The notes beneath the pieces are model-generated. The model ran no database searches, was not told the origin of the DNA, and saw only the letters and a program-made list of their open reading frames with translations. This document shows positions 9,111 to 18,190 of a stretch of DNA of 64,000 nt, one piece after another. Source of the stretch: an uncultured Gammaproteobacteria bacterium (GTDB taxonomy: Bacteria; Pseudomonadota; Gammaproteobacteria; JACCXJ01); NCBI GenBank assembly GCA_963764725.1, contig CAVXTM010000001.1:288001-352000 (forward strand), given 5' to 3'. Position numbers and translations under genes: made by a program. Every line of letters starts with the position of its first letter. The stretch's first letter is position 1.

Positions 9111-9785
9111 ATGCAGCAGCCAACGCTTCGTGAAGCTATTGTCGCTACGGCGCGAGAGCTCAGCGCCAGCGGTTTAAACGTCGGCACCGCGGGCAATCTT
9201 GCGGTGCGTACCGCAGACGCCTTCCTGGTCACGCCGACCGGAATACCCTATGCGGATCTCAAGTCCGAGCACATCGTCGAAGTTACGCTCGCAGGGGAGG
9301 TGCGCGGTCGGACCCTGCGTCCATCGAGCGAATGGCGCATCCACCGCGACATTTTCATCGCCCGGCCCGAGGTCGGGGCTACGCTGCACGCCCATACTCC
9401 TCACGCCACCGCGTTGGCGTGTTGCCGCATGGGGATCCCGGCGTTTCACTACATGGTCGCCGTGGCCGGCGATCGCAGCATCCCGTGCGCACCGTACGCG
9501 GCCTTTGGAACCCAAGCGCTCTCGGATCACGTGGTCGGCGCTTTAAGAGGCCGGCGAGCCTGCCTGATGGCCAACCACGGGATGATGGTCGTGGGCATCG
9601 CCTTAAAAGACGCGTCGCGCTTAGCCCAGGAGGTGGAATTTCTCGCCCGGCTCTATTGCATGTCGTTACAAATCGGCGCGCCGGTGATCCTATCGAATGC
9701 CGAGATGGCGGAAGTCTTAGAACGATTCCGAACCTATGGCCAGCAATCCAATGATAGCGAGATTTCACCTACTTCTAGTCGTTAA
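9111..9785 (+). CDS. Class II aldolase/adducin family (FucA/Ald2-like)
   Basis: GTAGNLAVR, TPTG, PSSEWRIH, HAH, ANHG zinc ligands; HYMVAVAG segment. Confidence 0.88.
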   Translation: MQQPTLREAIVATARELSASGLNVGTAGNLAVRTADAFLVTPTGIPYADLKSEHIVEVTLAGEVRGRTLRPSSEWRIHRDIFIARPEVGATLHAHTPHATALACCRMGIPAFHYMVAVAGDRSIPCAPYAAFGTQALSDHVVGALRGRRACLMANHGMMVVGIALKDASRLAQEVEFLARLYCMSLQIGAPVILSNAEMAEVLERFRTYGQQSNDSEISPTSSR

Positions 9786-9916
9786 GGATTGGACACGAAC
9801 CGGGCTTTTATACAGGCATGCTCGGTTGCCGTGAGGGCCGAAGCAGCGGGACCTGGGCCTATTTTGACTGCGCACCGGAAATAAGTCGATAGCCCGGTGC
9901 TTGCGCGCGCGAACGC

Positions 9917-10729
9917 TTAACCGGCTTGAAGCGTCTGAAATAATTCTTTGAGCTTCTCGCCCGGATCCGGCGCTGCCATGAAGGTTTCACCGACAAGGAA
10001 GGCGTGGACCCCATGGCGCCGCATCAACTGCACGTCCTCGGGCGTGCGGATCCCGCTTTCGGTAACGACGATGCGGTCATCCAGAACATCGACCAGGAGG
10101 CGGATAGTAGTCTGCAGATCGGTCGTGAATGTACGCAAATCGCGATTGTTAATGCCGATCAGGGGCGTACGCAGCATGATCCCCCGTTCGAGTTCCTCGC
10201 GGTCGTGAACCTCAACGAGCACATCGAGCCCGATTTCGCACGCCAAAGCGGACAGCTCTCGCAACCGCCGGTCGTTTAACGCCGCCACGATCAACAAAAT
10301 GCAATCCGCGCCGAGGGCTCTCGCTTCGTACACCTGATAAGGGTCAATGACAAAGTCTTTTCTCAAGACCGGCAGCGCGCACGCCGCGCGCGCCTCCTTC
10401 AAGTGCGGATCGGCGCCTTGAAAAAAACGACTATCCGTCAACACCGACAAGCACGCCGCACCAGCGCGTGCATAACTCATGGCAATCGGCGCGGGCTGGA
10501 AATCCTCTCGTATAATCCCACGGCTAGGTGATGCCCGTTTCAGCTCCGCGATGACCGCCGGGCGTCCGGAAACTATGCGCTCGCGGATCGCCGTGGTGAA
10601 CCCACGCGTCGCGCCGGCATCCCTGGCACGCGCCCGAATCTCATCGAACGTACGGCCTACCTTACGCGCCGCAACTTCTTCCCGTTTATGGCGTAGGATG
10701 TCCGCAAGCGCGTTTCCTGAGTTAATCAT
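9917..10729 (-). CDS. trpC: Indole-3-glycerol phosphate synthase
   Basis: [34 protein letters not shown]. Confidence 0.97.
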   Translation of the reverse strand: MINSGNALADILRHKREEVAARKVGRTFDEIRARARDAGATRGFTTAIRERIVSGRPAVIAELKRASPSRGIIREDFQPAPIAMSYARAGAACLSVLTDSRFFQGADPHLKEARAACALPVLRKDFVIDPYQVYEARALGADCILLIVAALNDRRLRELSALACEIGLDVLVEVHDREELERGIMLRTPLIGINNRDLRTFTTDLQTTIRLLVDVLDDRIVVTESGIRTPEDVQLMRRHGVHAFLVGETFMAAPDPGEKLKELFQTLQAG

Positions 10730-11367
10730 TTAGTTCGTGATCCGAAACATCAATTCTGGAGAAGTTGGAAGACCGCCAGCGCTCGCGTTCGCGTCCGGCC
10801 GCCCTATTTCGATACCCTGTTCGAACGCATTGCCATGGCATCCGGCGATTAGTCATATCCACCCTTTTGCTCCCGTGGCCCTACCCTTGGCGCTCTGGCT
10901 CCTAGCGCGACACACACAATGGGCCGATTTTACGCGTCGTTCAATTATTGTTCGCCCGGCTCGGTGACGGGATACCGGCTACTGGCCTGTCACTACGGTT
11001 TCCGGCTCATCCACAATGAAGACATCAAAACACCTTGCCGACTTACAAGGCATCCTGCGCATTCTCGGCATCATTGGCCGTCGAGGCACGGAGCGCGCGC
11101 CTCGGTATGCCGCATGGGTCAGCGAAGTGGGATGGGTCCGCTATCGAATCCTGGCTTTCGAGGCGACGTAATAGCCTGGACACATTCCGGGCCTAGCATC
11201 GGGTTTTGCGCCGAACTCATTGACAGCGCACGCGAGTCCCCACCGTCCCAGAGCTAATTAACGACATTCACGCACGAACCAATTCACCCTGTTCGAGTAC
11301 GAATCTTGCACTATAAACTACTGCCTTAGTCGAATGTTAGCTACCACCGCACCGAGTACATAGATAC

Positions 11368-12396
11368 ATGGGAAACGCCGTCGCCATAACCCAACAGAAT
11401 TCACTTGTGGATGGCCCCGGCGTGCCCCTTTACCAAGTCTCGGCGAAAACTCTTCCATCCGACCAGGATCTCATGGAGCGGCTCAATGGCCGCTTTGCTC
11501 CCATTCACCTTCGCCAGCGCCTCGGATTTGAGTCCGACCATGAAGCCTCGGTATTTGGTCAAGGATTGAAGTTCTTCCATCTGGAGAACTGGTATTCCGT
11601 GCACTCACTGATCCGCACTAGCTTGCGTCTATCATTGCTGCTGGGACGCGGACGGCGCAATGCGCGTCGTATTGAGCTGCGTCATAACGTGGTTCCGATC
11701 TCCGGCCTCCCGGATGCCTTTGAAGGATTGAAGATCCTGCACCTCAGCGATTTGCATATCGATATGTACGGGGAATTCCCTCAGGTTTTGGCGGAGCGCG
11801 TTCAGGCAATCGACTACGATATTTGCGTGATGACCGGCGATTATCGCTATAAGACCTTCGGAAATTGCGAAGCGGCGCTGAAGGGCTTAGAGCGCTTGCG
11901 TTCGCAACTCAAGGATCCTATTTATGCGGTCCTGGGAAATCACGACTCGGTGAAAATGGTGCCGCCCATGGAGGACCTGGGCATACGCGTACTGCTAAAT
12001 GAGTCCATCGCCATCAATCGGGGCGAGGCGGTGCTGCATTTAGCCGGAATCGATGACCCCCATTACTACCGCACCGATAATTTGGAGCGTGCCCGCGAGG
12101 ACATCGATCCTCGCAACGTCTCTGTTCTGCTTGCGCATTCACCCGAGATATACAAGCAAGCGGCTTATGCGGGTTTCAAACTGTTGCTCTGCGGGCATAC
12201 CCATGGAGGTCAAATCTGCCTGCCCGGACAATGGCCGATTATTTATGACGCCAAATGCCCCCGCCGGATGGCGCGTGGCGCCTGGCACTACCGCGATCTT
12301 CAAGGTTATACCTCGGCGGGCGCGGGTTCATCCATGGTGGAGGTAAGAATCAACTGCCCGCCGGAGATAACGGTCCACTGCCTGCGCCACTCGTAG
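11368..12396 (+). CDS. Calcineurin-like metallophosphoesterase (YkuE-like)
   Basis: HLSDLH, TGD, LGNHD, LAHSP, GHTHGGQ motifs. Confidence 0.9.
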   Translation: MGNAVAITQQNSLVDGPGVPLYQVSAKTLPSDQDLMERLNGRFAPIHLRQRLGFESDHEASVFGQGLKFFHLENWYSVHSLIRTSLRLSLLLGRGRRNARRIELRHNVVPISGLPDAFEGLKILHLSDLHIDMYGEFPQVLAERVQAIDYDICVMTGDYRYKTFGNCEAALKGLERLRSQLKDPIYAVLGNHDSVKMVPPMEDLGIRVLLNESIAINRGEAVLHLAGIDDPHYYRTDNLERAREDIDPRNVSVLLAHSPEIYKQAAYAGFKLLLCGHTHGGQICLPGQWPIIYDAKCPRRMARGAWHYRDLQGYTSAGAGSSMVEVRINCPPEITVHCLRHS

Positions 12397-12486
12397 CAGC
12401 CGATGCGCTTGCGTCGGGCAGCGTCCCGCCTCTGCGCTTCACCCCCCGAAGCATGCACTAGAAACAACGATTCAGCTCGCTCCGAT

Positions 12487-12930
12487 TTAGCGCCGCTCGA
12501 ACACCTTGGTGTCGCCCGCGGAGTCAAACGACATAATTTCATAGGAGTCTTTTCGGTCCCCTTCCATGCCGGGAGAGCCCATGGGCATATCGGGTACGGC
12601 AATCCCTGTGACCTTGGGGCGTTCCGACAGCAGACGTTTGACCGCATCCGCCGGTACGTGTCCCTCGACCACATAGCCCTCGGCGATGGAGGTGTGACAG
12701 GCGGCCAGATGTCTAGGCACCGCATGCTTTCTTTTAATCTCGTCTAGGTTTCCTACATCAAGAGCCTTAACCTCAAAGCCGTTTTGACGCATGTGCTCGA
12801 CCCATTTCTTGCAGCATCCGCACTGCGCACTCTTGTATACCGTGATCTCCGCAGCCAGGGTTGCCATTGGAAACGCGGCAACCATAAGCGCAAAGCCCCC
12901 ACTCAAAAAGACATGCTTGATCATTGTCAT
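12487..12930 (-). CDS. DUF411 exported metal-binding protein
   Basis: Signal peptide, CGCCKKW, ACHT, EGHVP, MPMGSPGME. Confidence 0.9.
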   Translation of the reverse strand: MTMIKHVFLSGGFALMVAAFPMATLAAEITVYKSAQCGCCKKWVEHMRQNGFEVKALDVGNLDEIKRKHAVPRHLAACHTSIAEGYVVEGHVPADAVKRLLSERPKVTGIAVPDMPMGSPGMEGDRKDSYEIMSFDSAGDTKVFERR

Positions 12931-13088
12931 GCTCGACTGCCCCTTGAACGAAAAAATACGTGCACGCCGAAGTGCTCGATAGACGCACCGGTGCCGGTAT
13001 GCATTCCGCGATGAATGCGCGCCGTGCTTGCTGAGGACTCCCCAGGTTGCTATTGTTCGCGCCTCGTTTTCGAGTAGAGATTGTAACG

Positions 13089-13604
13089 GTGCCGCTCACT
13101 AAAGCCGAGATCCAAGCGCTAGGCATAATTGTCGTCTTACTGTGCATTCCGGTATTAATGCGCGTTGAGGTGAAGAACAAGGCGTCGTGGGTGCTTTACT
13201 ATCCCGTCATACCCATCACCGCTTATTTACTGTATGAATGGGCGATCAAACTAAACATTCCCAGTTATGGCCTGCGCGTTGACCTGATATTGATGTGGCC
13301 AATCCTCGTGTTGCTGCTGGCGAAATCATGGTTCCGCTGGATGCAGCTCGGGAAAGAATCCAAGGTACCGATAACCGCAGCTTCGGAGCTCGCGATTACC
13401 TCCTTTCTCGCCGGTATGGTGGGTTTTAGTAACCCTTTCATCTGCCCGCTCATGGCCGTCGTTTACGGCCACCGCGCCATTTACCAATCGGAACATCAGG
13501 AGTTTAAGATGAAAAAGCTTGCCGGAGCGGGATTAATGGCTGGCTACGTTGGATTGTTCGTCAGCGCGATCGGCCTACTGGGCTATTTCTCACAAGGTCC
13601 CTAG
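13089..13604 (+). CDS. Multi-pass membrane protein with DUF4190-like C-terminus
   Basis: About five hydrophobic segments; C-terminal LAITSF...AVVYGHRA...LAGAGLMAGY pattern. GTG 13089 preferred over TTG 13047. Confidence 0.6.
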   Translation: MPLTKAEIQALGIIVVLLCIPVLMRVEVKNKASWVLYYPVIPITAYLLYEWAIKLNIPSYGLRVDLILMWPILVLLLAKSWFRWMQLGKESKVPITAASELAITSFLAGMVGFSNPFICPLMAVVYGHRAIYQSEHQEFKMKKLAGAGLMAGYVGLFVSAIGLLGYFSQGP

Positions 13605-13963
13605 CCGCACTCGGCAGCGCCGAGGCACGCTTCATTTTGTACGCGGCGCGTTATTGGATATCGCAAAATATCGGCCAATACGCCCACGACGTCGCTAATT
13701 TTATGATTCCACTTGCAAACGCGGCTTTGAAAAGAACGAAGGCCCGATTGCGACTACCGTCGCCCGCAGTAGCGTTCGATGCGTAAACCATTTCAATGCG
13801 AAACGGTAAACGGTTTGAACTACCCATTGAAATCCATATGTTCCAACGCCATTATTACTAAAAATCAAACTTGCCCGTCCGAGTGAGCTAGCAATCATTT
13901 GGTCTCATGGACCGTGTGGGGTCGGCTCGGGCAACCCCACGGCACAAGAATAACGAGGTCGTC

Positions 13964-14776
13964 ATGAAAAAAAGCATAAAATCAGCCTTGGGCGGGAAGG
14001 AATCGCGGCGAAACGGAAATGCACACATGGATCTCGACGCGGTACGCAACGCTTATCGGCGCTACGCGGGGTTCTACGACGTCTATTTTGGTCCGGTAAT
14101 GCAGAAGGGCCGTCACACGGCGATCAGGAAGATGGGGTGCAATCCTGGGGATCGGATCCTAGAAGTCGGCGTCGGCACCGGGCTCACGCTCGATTTGTAC
14201 CCACCGAACGTCGAGATCACGGGAATTGATGTGTCCTCAGAAATGCTTGAGCGCGCCCGCGCTCGTAAGGAACGCCTTGGCCTCGACCACGTTGTCGCTC
14301 TGAGCGTGATGGATGCAGAACGGACGCATTTCAGCGATCATACCTTCGACAAGGTTGCCGCGATTTATGTGGCCTCTGTCGTGCCCCATCCAGAACGCCT
14401 CGTAAACGAGATGCGCCGAGTCTGTAAACCCGGTGGCGAACTGTTTTTTCTAAACCATTTCAAGAGCCGAAATCGAGTGCTGGGCGGTATCGAACGATTT
14501 CTTGCCCCCTTGTCGCGCCTTCTTGGCTTTAGAACGGACCTGTCATTGGATACGTTTATCCAGGAAACCAATCTCGATGTTATTGATAAAAGCCGCGCTA
14601 ACGTCTTTGGGTATTGGGTGTTGATTCGAGCGCGCAATAGTAGGACTCGTTACCCGCGGGCTTTAGATCGCGAAAGCGTATCGGTCAACACCGGCGCCTT
14701 CATCGCGGAGGAACCAGGTTCGCATATCGAGTACGTGCCGTGCTCGAACCAATCAAGGCCCCGGTCACCGCCGTAG
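13964..14776 (+). CDS. pmtA: Class I SAM methyltransferase, PmtA-type phosphatidylethanolamine N-methyltransferase
   Basis: AVRNAYRRYAGFYD, ILEVGVGTG, YVASVVP, EMRRVCKPGG, NHF. Start may be 13907, 13964 or 14027. Confidence 0.8.
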   Translation: MKKSIKSALGGKESRRNGNAHMDLDAVRNAYRRYAGFYDVYFGPVMQKGRHTAIRKMGCNPGDRILEVGVGTGLTLDLYPPNVEITGIDVSSEMLERARARKERLGLDHVVALSVMDAERTHFSDHTFDKVAAIYVASVVPHPERLVNEMRRVCKPGGELFFLNHFKSRNRVLGGIERFLAPLSRLLGFRTDLSLDTFIQETNLDVIDKSRANVFGYWVLIRARNSRTRYPRALDRESVSVNTGAFIAEEPGSHIEYVPCSNQSRPRSPP

Positions 14777-14782
14777 CGCCAG

Positions 14783-15481
14783 TTACCAGGTGATAAGCGT
14801 GCCGTCAAAATTCAAGAATTTGCCGCTGTCGGCGAGCGTGACCTTATCGATGAGCTCGCGTAACCGCCGGACGCTGTCCGGTGCGTCGATCTGGGCGTTA
14901 ACTCCGCCCATATCTGTCTTGACCCAACCGGGGTGCACCACCACAACGGCGATGTCCTTTGGCCGCAGATCGATCGCCGCGCTACGAACGATAGCGTTGA
15001 GCGCCGCTTTGGTAGAACGATACACATAGCTGCTACCGGAGGTGTTCTCGGACATGCTCGCCATCTTACTACCTAAGCAAACGATCATGCGCTTCTTGCT
15101 GCGCCCAACTGAGCCGATCAATGCCTCCATCATCTTCATTTGAGCGATCGCATTGACCCGGAAGGCTTCCAGCCACCGCGCTTCGTCCGTGGCGCCGAAC
15201 TGCGCATTTCTTTGCCCGTCGATACCGGCATTGTTAAGCAATAAGTCGATCGGCGTCTCGCCGATTGCTGACACTACCTCTTTGATTTGCTTTCGGTTCG
15301 CGATATCCAAGCGGTGAACGGTAACGTGCTGTTGCGACGCCGAAGCGAGTCGATTAAGGACTATGGCTTGTTCAGGATTACGACAGGTCGCAAACACCCG
15401 CCATCCGGCTTGAGCGTATTGGCGCACGAATTCCAGGCCAAGGCCCCTATTACAGCCCGTGATTAGGACCGTATAGCGCAT
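14783..15481 (-). CDS. Short-chain dehydrogenase/reductase (C-factor/CsgA-like)
   Basis: ITGCNRGLG, NNAG, YRSTK catalytic YxxxK, HPGWVKTDMGG. Confidence 0.92.
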   Translation of the reverse strand: MRYTVLITGCNRGLGLEFVRQYAQAGWRVFATCRNPEQAIVLNRLASASQQHVTVHRLDIANRKQIKEVVSAIGETPIDLLLNNAGIDGQRNAQFGATDEARWLEAFRVNAIAQMKMMEALIGSVGRSKKRMIVCLGSKMASMSENTSGSSYVYRSTKAALNAIVRSAAIDLRPKDIAVVVVHPGWVKTDMGGVNAQIDAPDSVRRLRELIDKVTLADSGKFLNFDGTLITW

Positions 15482-15563
15482 GTCCGCTGGAGATCGCGTC
15501 CTTGAGAGCTATTACCCATGAAATAGCCTAAAAAGTAACGAGGCGCCTGGCGCTCCGCGTTGC

Positions 15564-16100
15564 TCATAAATCATTCATGACTTCTTGCCGTTTTGAATCG
15601 TATTCCTCGCGCGAAATCAAGCTCCCCGCCCGAGTTGTAGAACGATTGGCCCTTTACGGATACCGCCTCTCATGCGCCCTCGCCGCTCTCCCGGCCACCG
15701 GTCTTGGCCGGATAAAGACGCCGGTTGACCCCCGGTCCGCTCCGCGTATGTCCTTTTTCGCGGGATATCCCGCGGGTTGGTGGAGATCACCGAAGACCAG
15801 ATGCAGCTCCTATCCTTAGTAAAACACTCGTCCGCCAATAGTGACGCGTTCTTTAGCGAAAAAGAACGCCTTCTTTACGCCCTCGACCGCGAAGGTGGAC
15901 TCTTCCCGCAGCGTGGCTTCAACGCCCGTTTGCAAAGTCCTTCGCTAGCACACCAGATCTCTTAAAAAGCGAGAACACTCGGGTCGTACGAAAAAGGGTA
16001 CTTGAGTCCGATAAAAGGCTCAACTACGATCGCAACGGCGGATTCCGTGGAGGAAACGGCTAGATTCGAGAAAAAACAAGCTGTTTTTAGATGCAAACTG
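15564..16100 (-). pseudogene. Decayed SHOCT-domain protein gene
   Basis: Manual minus-strand translation: EATLREESTFAVEGVKKAFFFAKERVTIGGRVFY*G*ELHLVFGDLH...LISREEYDSKRQEVMNDL* (stop 15564-15566). The ending matches the SHOCT pattern; three in-frame stops; 5' boundary approximate. Confidence 0.6.
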
Positions 16101-16104
16101 TCCA

Positions 16105-17070
16105 GTACCAGCCCAAAAAATCCACCGACGCCAAATACCTCCGAGTCATGCTCCCTGCCGTCAAACCATTCTCTGATTGGATCCATTTACAGTTGTTGGC
16201 AATGCATTCTTTTCAGAACAGCGAGTCTGGACCGTGGATGCCACCGAGATCGATGAGACCTCCTTCGAACTCGATACGCCTTGATTCGCCGTATTGAATC
16301 CGATCTTCTTCCGGTTATTCGAGAAGAGGTAGCTGATCTGCGCTAACCATCCATCCTACTCGCGCTCCTCTCCAGCCCAATAGGAGCGCGTCCTCATCCA
16401 GAATCACCGTGCTACCGAGGGCTTCGCCCGTATTACCGGACACGGATACCCCAACGCCCTCCCAACCGACCATGACCCCGTCAGCCACATCCAAAGCTTC
16501 CACCTTGGCTCCCGCGCGGCGCGCCGGTCTAATCCGCGTCAACCGATCTTAAGATGCCGATCTCGACCTGGAAGCCGCAGTACCCGGAGTCTTATAGGAG
16601 GACCGGACAGTTTAGGTCGGATAGAGATAACCATAACCGCTGTGGTGGATGGCAAGACTGGCTGCATCACTGCTCCTATAAAAAGTGCGGCCAACGCCAA
16701 TGCTAAAGCCCATGTCGTGGGGAGGTAGTTCTGTCGTTGGGAGAGCCCCAAAGCACGGCCCACACTCACGGTACCCTTGCTCCCATCGACATTGAAAAAT
16801 ACCTCGCGCATATCGATTTCCAATCCTGTACCCTAGTCGTTGGGGTTTTTGCTACTGTGCGTCTGAATCATCGGCGCTATATTGAAGGCGAAAAACGCAA
16901 GCAGAAGAACGTTTCGCACCCCAGAGCTATCCTCACGCTACGCTGAAACCTGACTTCCCACCCGTTGTTGCAGCCGACCCCCACCACGGCATTGGCAGTA
17001 CTCGCCGCAAACGACCACTGCGGCCAAGTGCAGGAGTCCCGTCCAACGAACGCCGTTCCCCTTCCGTCAT
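16105..17070 (-). pseudogene. Decayed outer-membrane porin gene
   Basis: GGAGG plus ATG at 17070, then collinear fragments in different frames: ASTANAVVGVGCNNGWEVRF, EIDMREVFFNVDGSKGTVSVGRALGLSQRQN, VSGNTGEALGSTVILDED, EWFDGREHDSEVFGVGGFF (beta-barrel-type C-terminus). Confidence 0.72.
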
Positions 17071-17464
17071 ACAACCCTCCAGGTATGCGTTGAAGAATGC
17101 CTCCGTAGTTTACTCATTATCGCCACCGTATTGAGGATGCATTAAGATGCTCGCAAAACTGTATTCACAACACAACTTACCGGATTATTAAAGCTATGCT
17201 TGTATAAACGCAACGAGAATGTTTTTCGATACATGCAATGTTGCTATTCTACAACGCACTTATCCGGGCTACCCACATTCATAGGCTTGTTGCCCGCGGG
17301 GTTATAGAAACTAATGACGCGTCCAGCAGTCTGGATGGCTACATTCCTTTCTATGACGTATATCGATTATGAAGTGCAAATCGAGAATCTTTTTATACGT
17401 ATACATATATACAGTTACTGCGCATATCCGGCAGTAGTCGTTAATCACATCAAGGAGATTTTGT

Positions 17465-17968
17465 ATGGAAGATCTTAGGTTGTGGCTCTGGGTGACGATG
17501 CCCATCATGTTCGTATTCGGTATAGTAGTCGGCCGTTTTTTCTCAACCGGGGCAAAACGTATAAAGGCGCTCAAGGCAGAAATCGAACAAATGAGAGCCG
17601 ATCTGGATAAGACGCGGTCGGAGTTCGATCAGACGAGGATGGCCCTTGAAAAGTCGCAATCGGACTCCGATGAATACCACCAGAGGGTGACTGATCATTT
17701 TTCTAAGGCCGCGGATCTTTTTAATAGCTTAACGGTAAATTATCGAGCGGTTTATGAGCATCTCGCAAAAAGCTCCCTAAACCTGTGCGACGAGCACATG
17801 GTAATGCTCAGTGATAACGTCCCTGAAGGCCGCCGCATCCGGACAAACGAAACGCGTGCTAAACCCCACGGGGCTCTGAGGGCGAACGGCGTCCGCACAC
17901 CGAGCGCAAGTACATCCGAAACCTCTTCGGCTCATACCGAACCGAATGCTGAGTCTTTCGAAAAATAA
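17465..17968 (+). CDS. yhcB: YhcB/ZapG (DUF1043) family membrane-anchored coiled-coil protein
   Basis: AAGGAG RBS, N-terminal TM helix, coiled coil, Y..RVTDHFSKAADLFNSLT..YRAVYEHLA. Confidence 0.82.
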   Translation: MEDLRLWLWVTMPIMFVFGIVVGRFFSTGAKRIKALKAEIEQMRADLDKTRSEFDQTRMALEKSQSDSDEYHQRVTDHFSKAADLFNSLTVNYRAVYEHLAKSSLNLCDEHMVMLSDNVPEGRRIRTNETRAKPHGALRANGVRTPSASTSETSSAHTEPNAESFEK

Positions 17969-18190
17969 AATTCGCAGACCTAATATATGCCCACTCCAAA
18001 CGGAGGAGTCGCGAGAGCGTACCGCAGGTTCTTTTTCGGAGCGGCTAGTTCACGATCTATAGAACACCCGCTATGGCAGCATGCATCGATTCAATACGTT
18101 CTACGGTCGGACCGTTTTGTGAATAGCATTATTCTTCCCGCGTTTTCTCACCGTCTTCATTTCATTTTCGTATAAACCCCTGGTCAATCC

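Noticed and set aside
13813-13833. GTTTGAAC...ATTGAAAT resembling CRISPR repeat ends
   Set aside because: Single 21-nt occurrence, no repeat-spacer periodicity and no cas genes.
15846-15869. 9-bp hairpin GCGTTCTTT-agcgaa-AAAGAACGC as a terminator
   Set aside because: Lies inside the reading frame of the SHOCT pseudogene and no intact gene ends beside it.
15577-16297. Short plus-strand ORFs (15577-15819, 15777-15965, 16002-16256, 16091-16297)
   Set aside because: Better explained as antisense to the minus-strand pseudogenes.
17399-17414. LexA-box-like GTATACATATATACAG upstream of yhcB
   Set aside because: The left half lacks the essential CTG; consistent with AT-rich promoter DNA.
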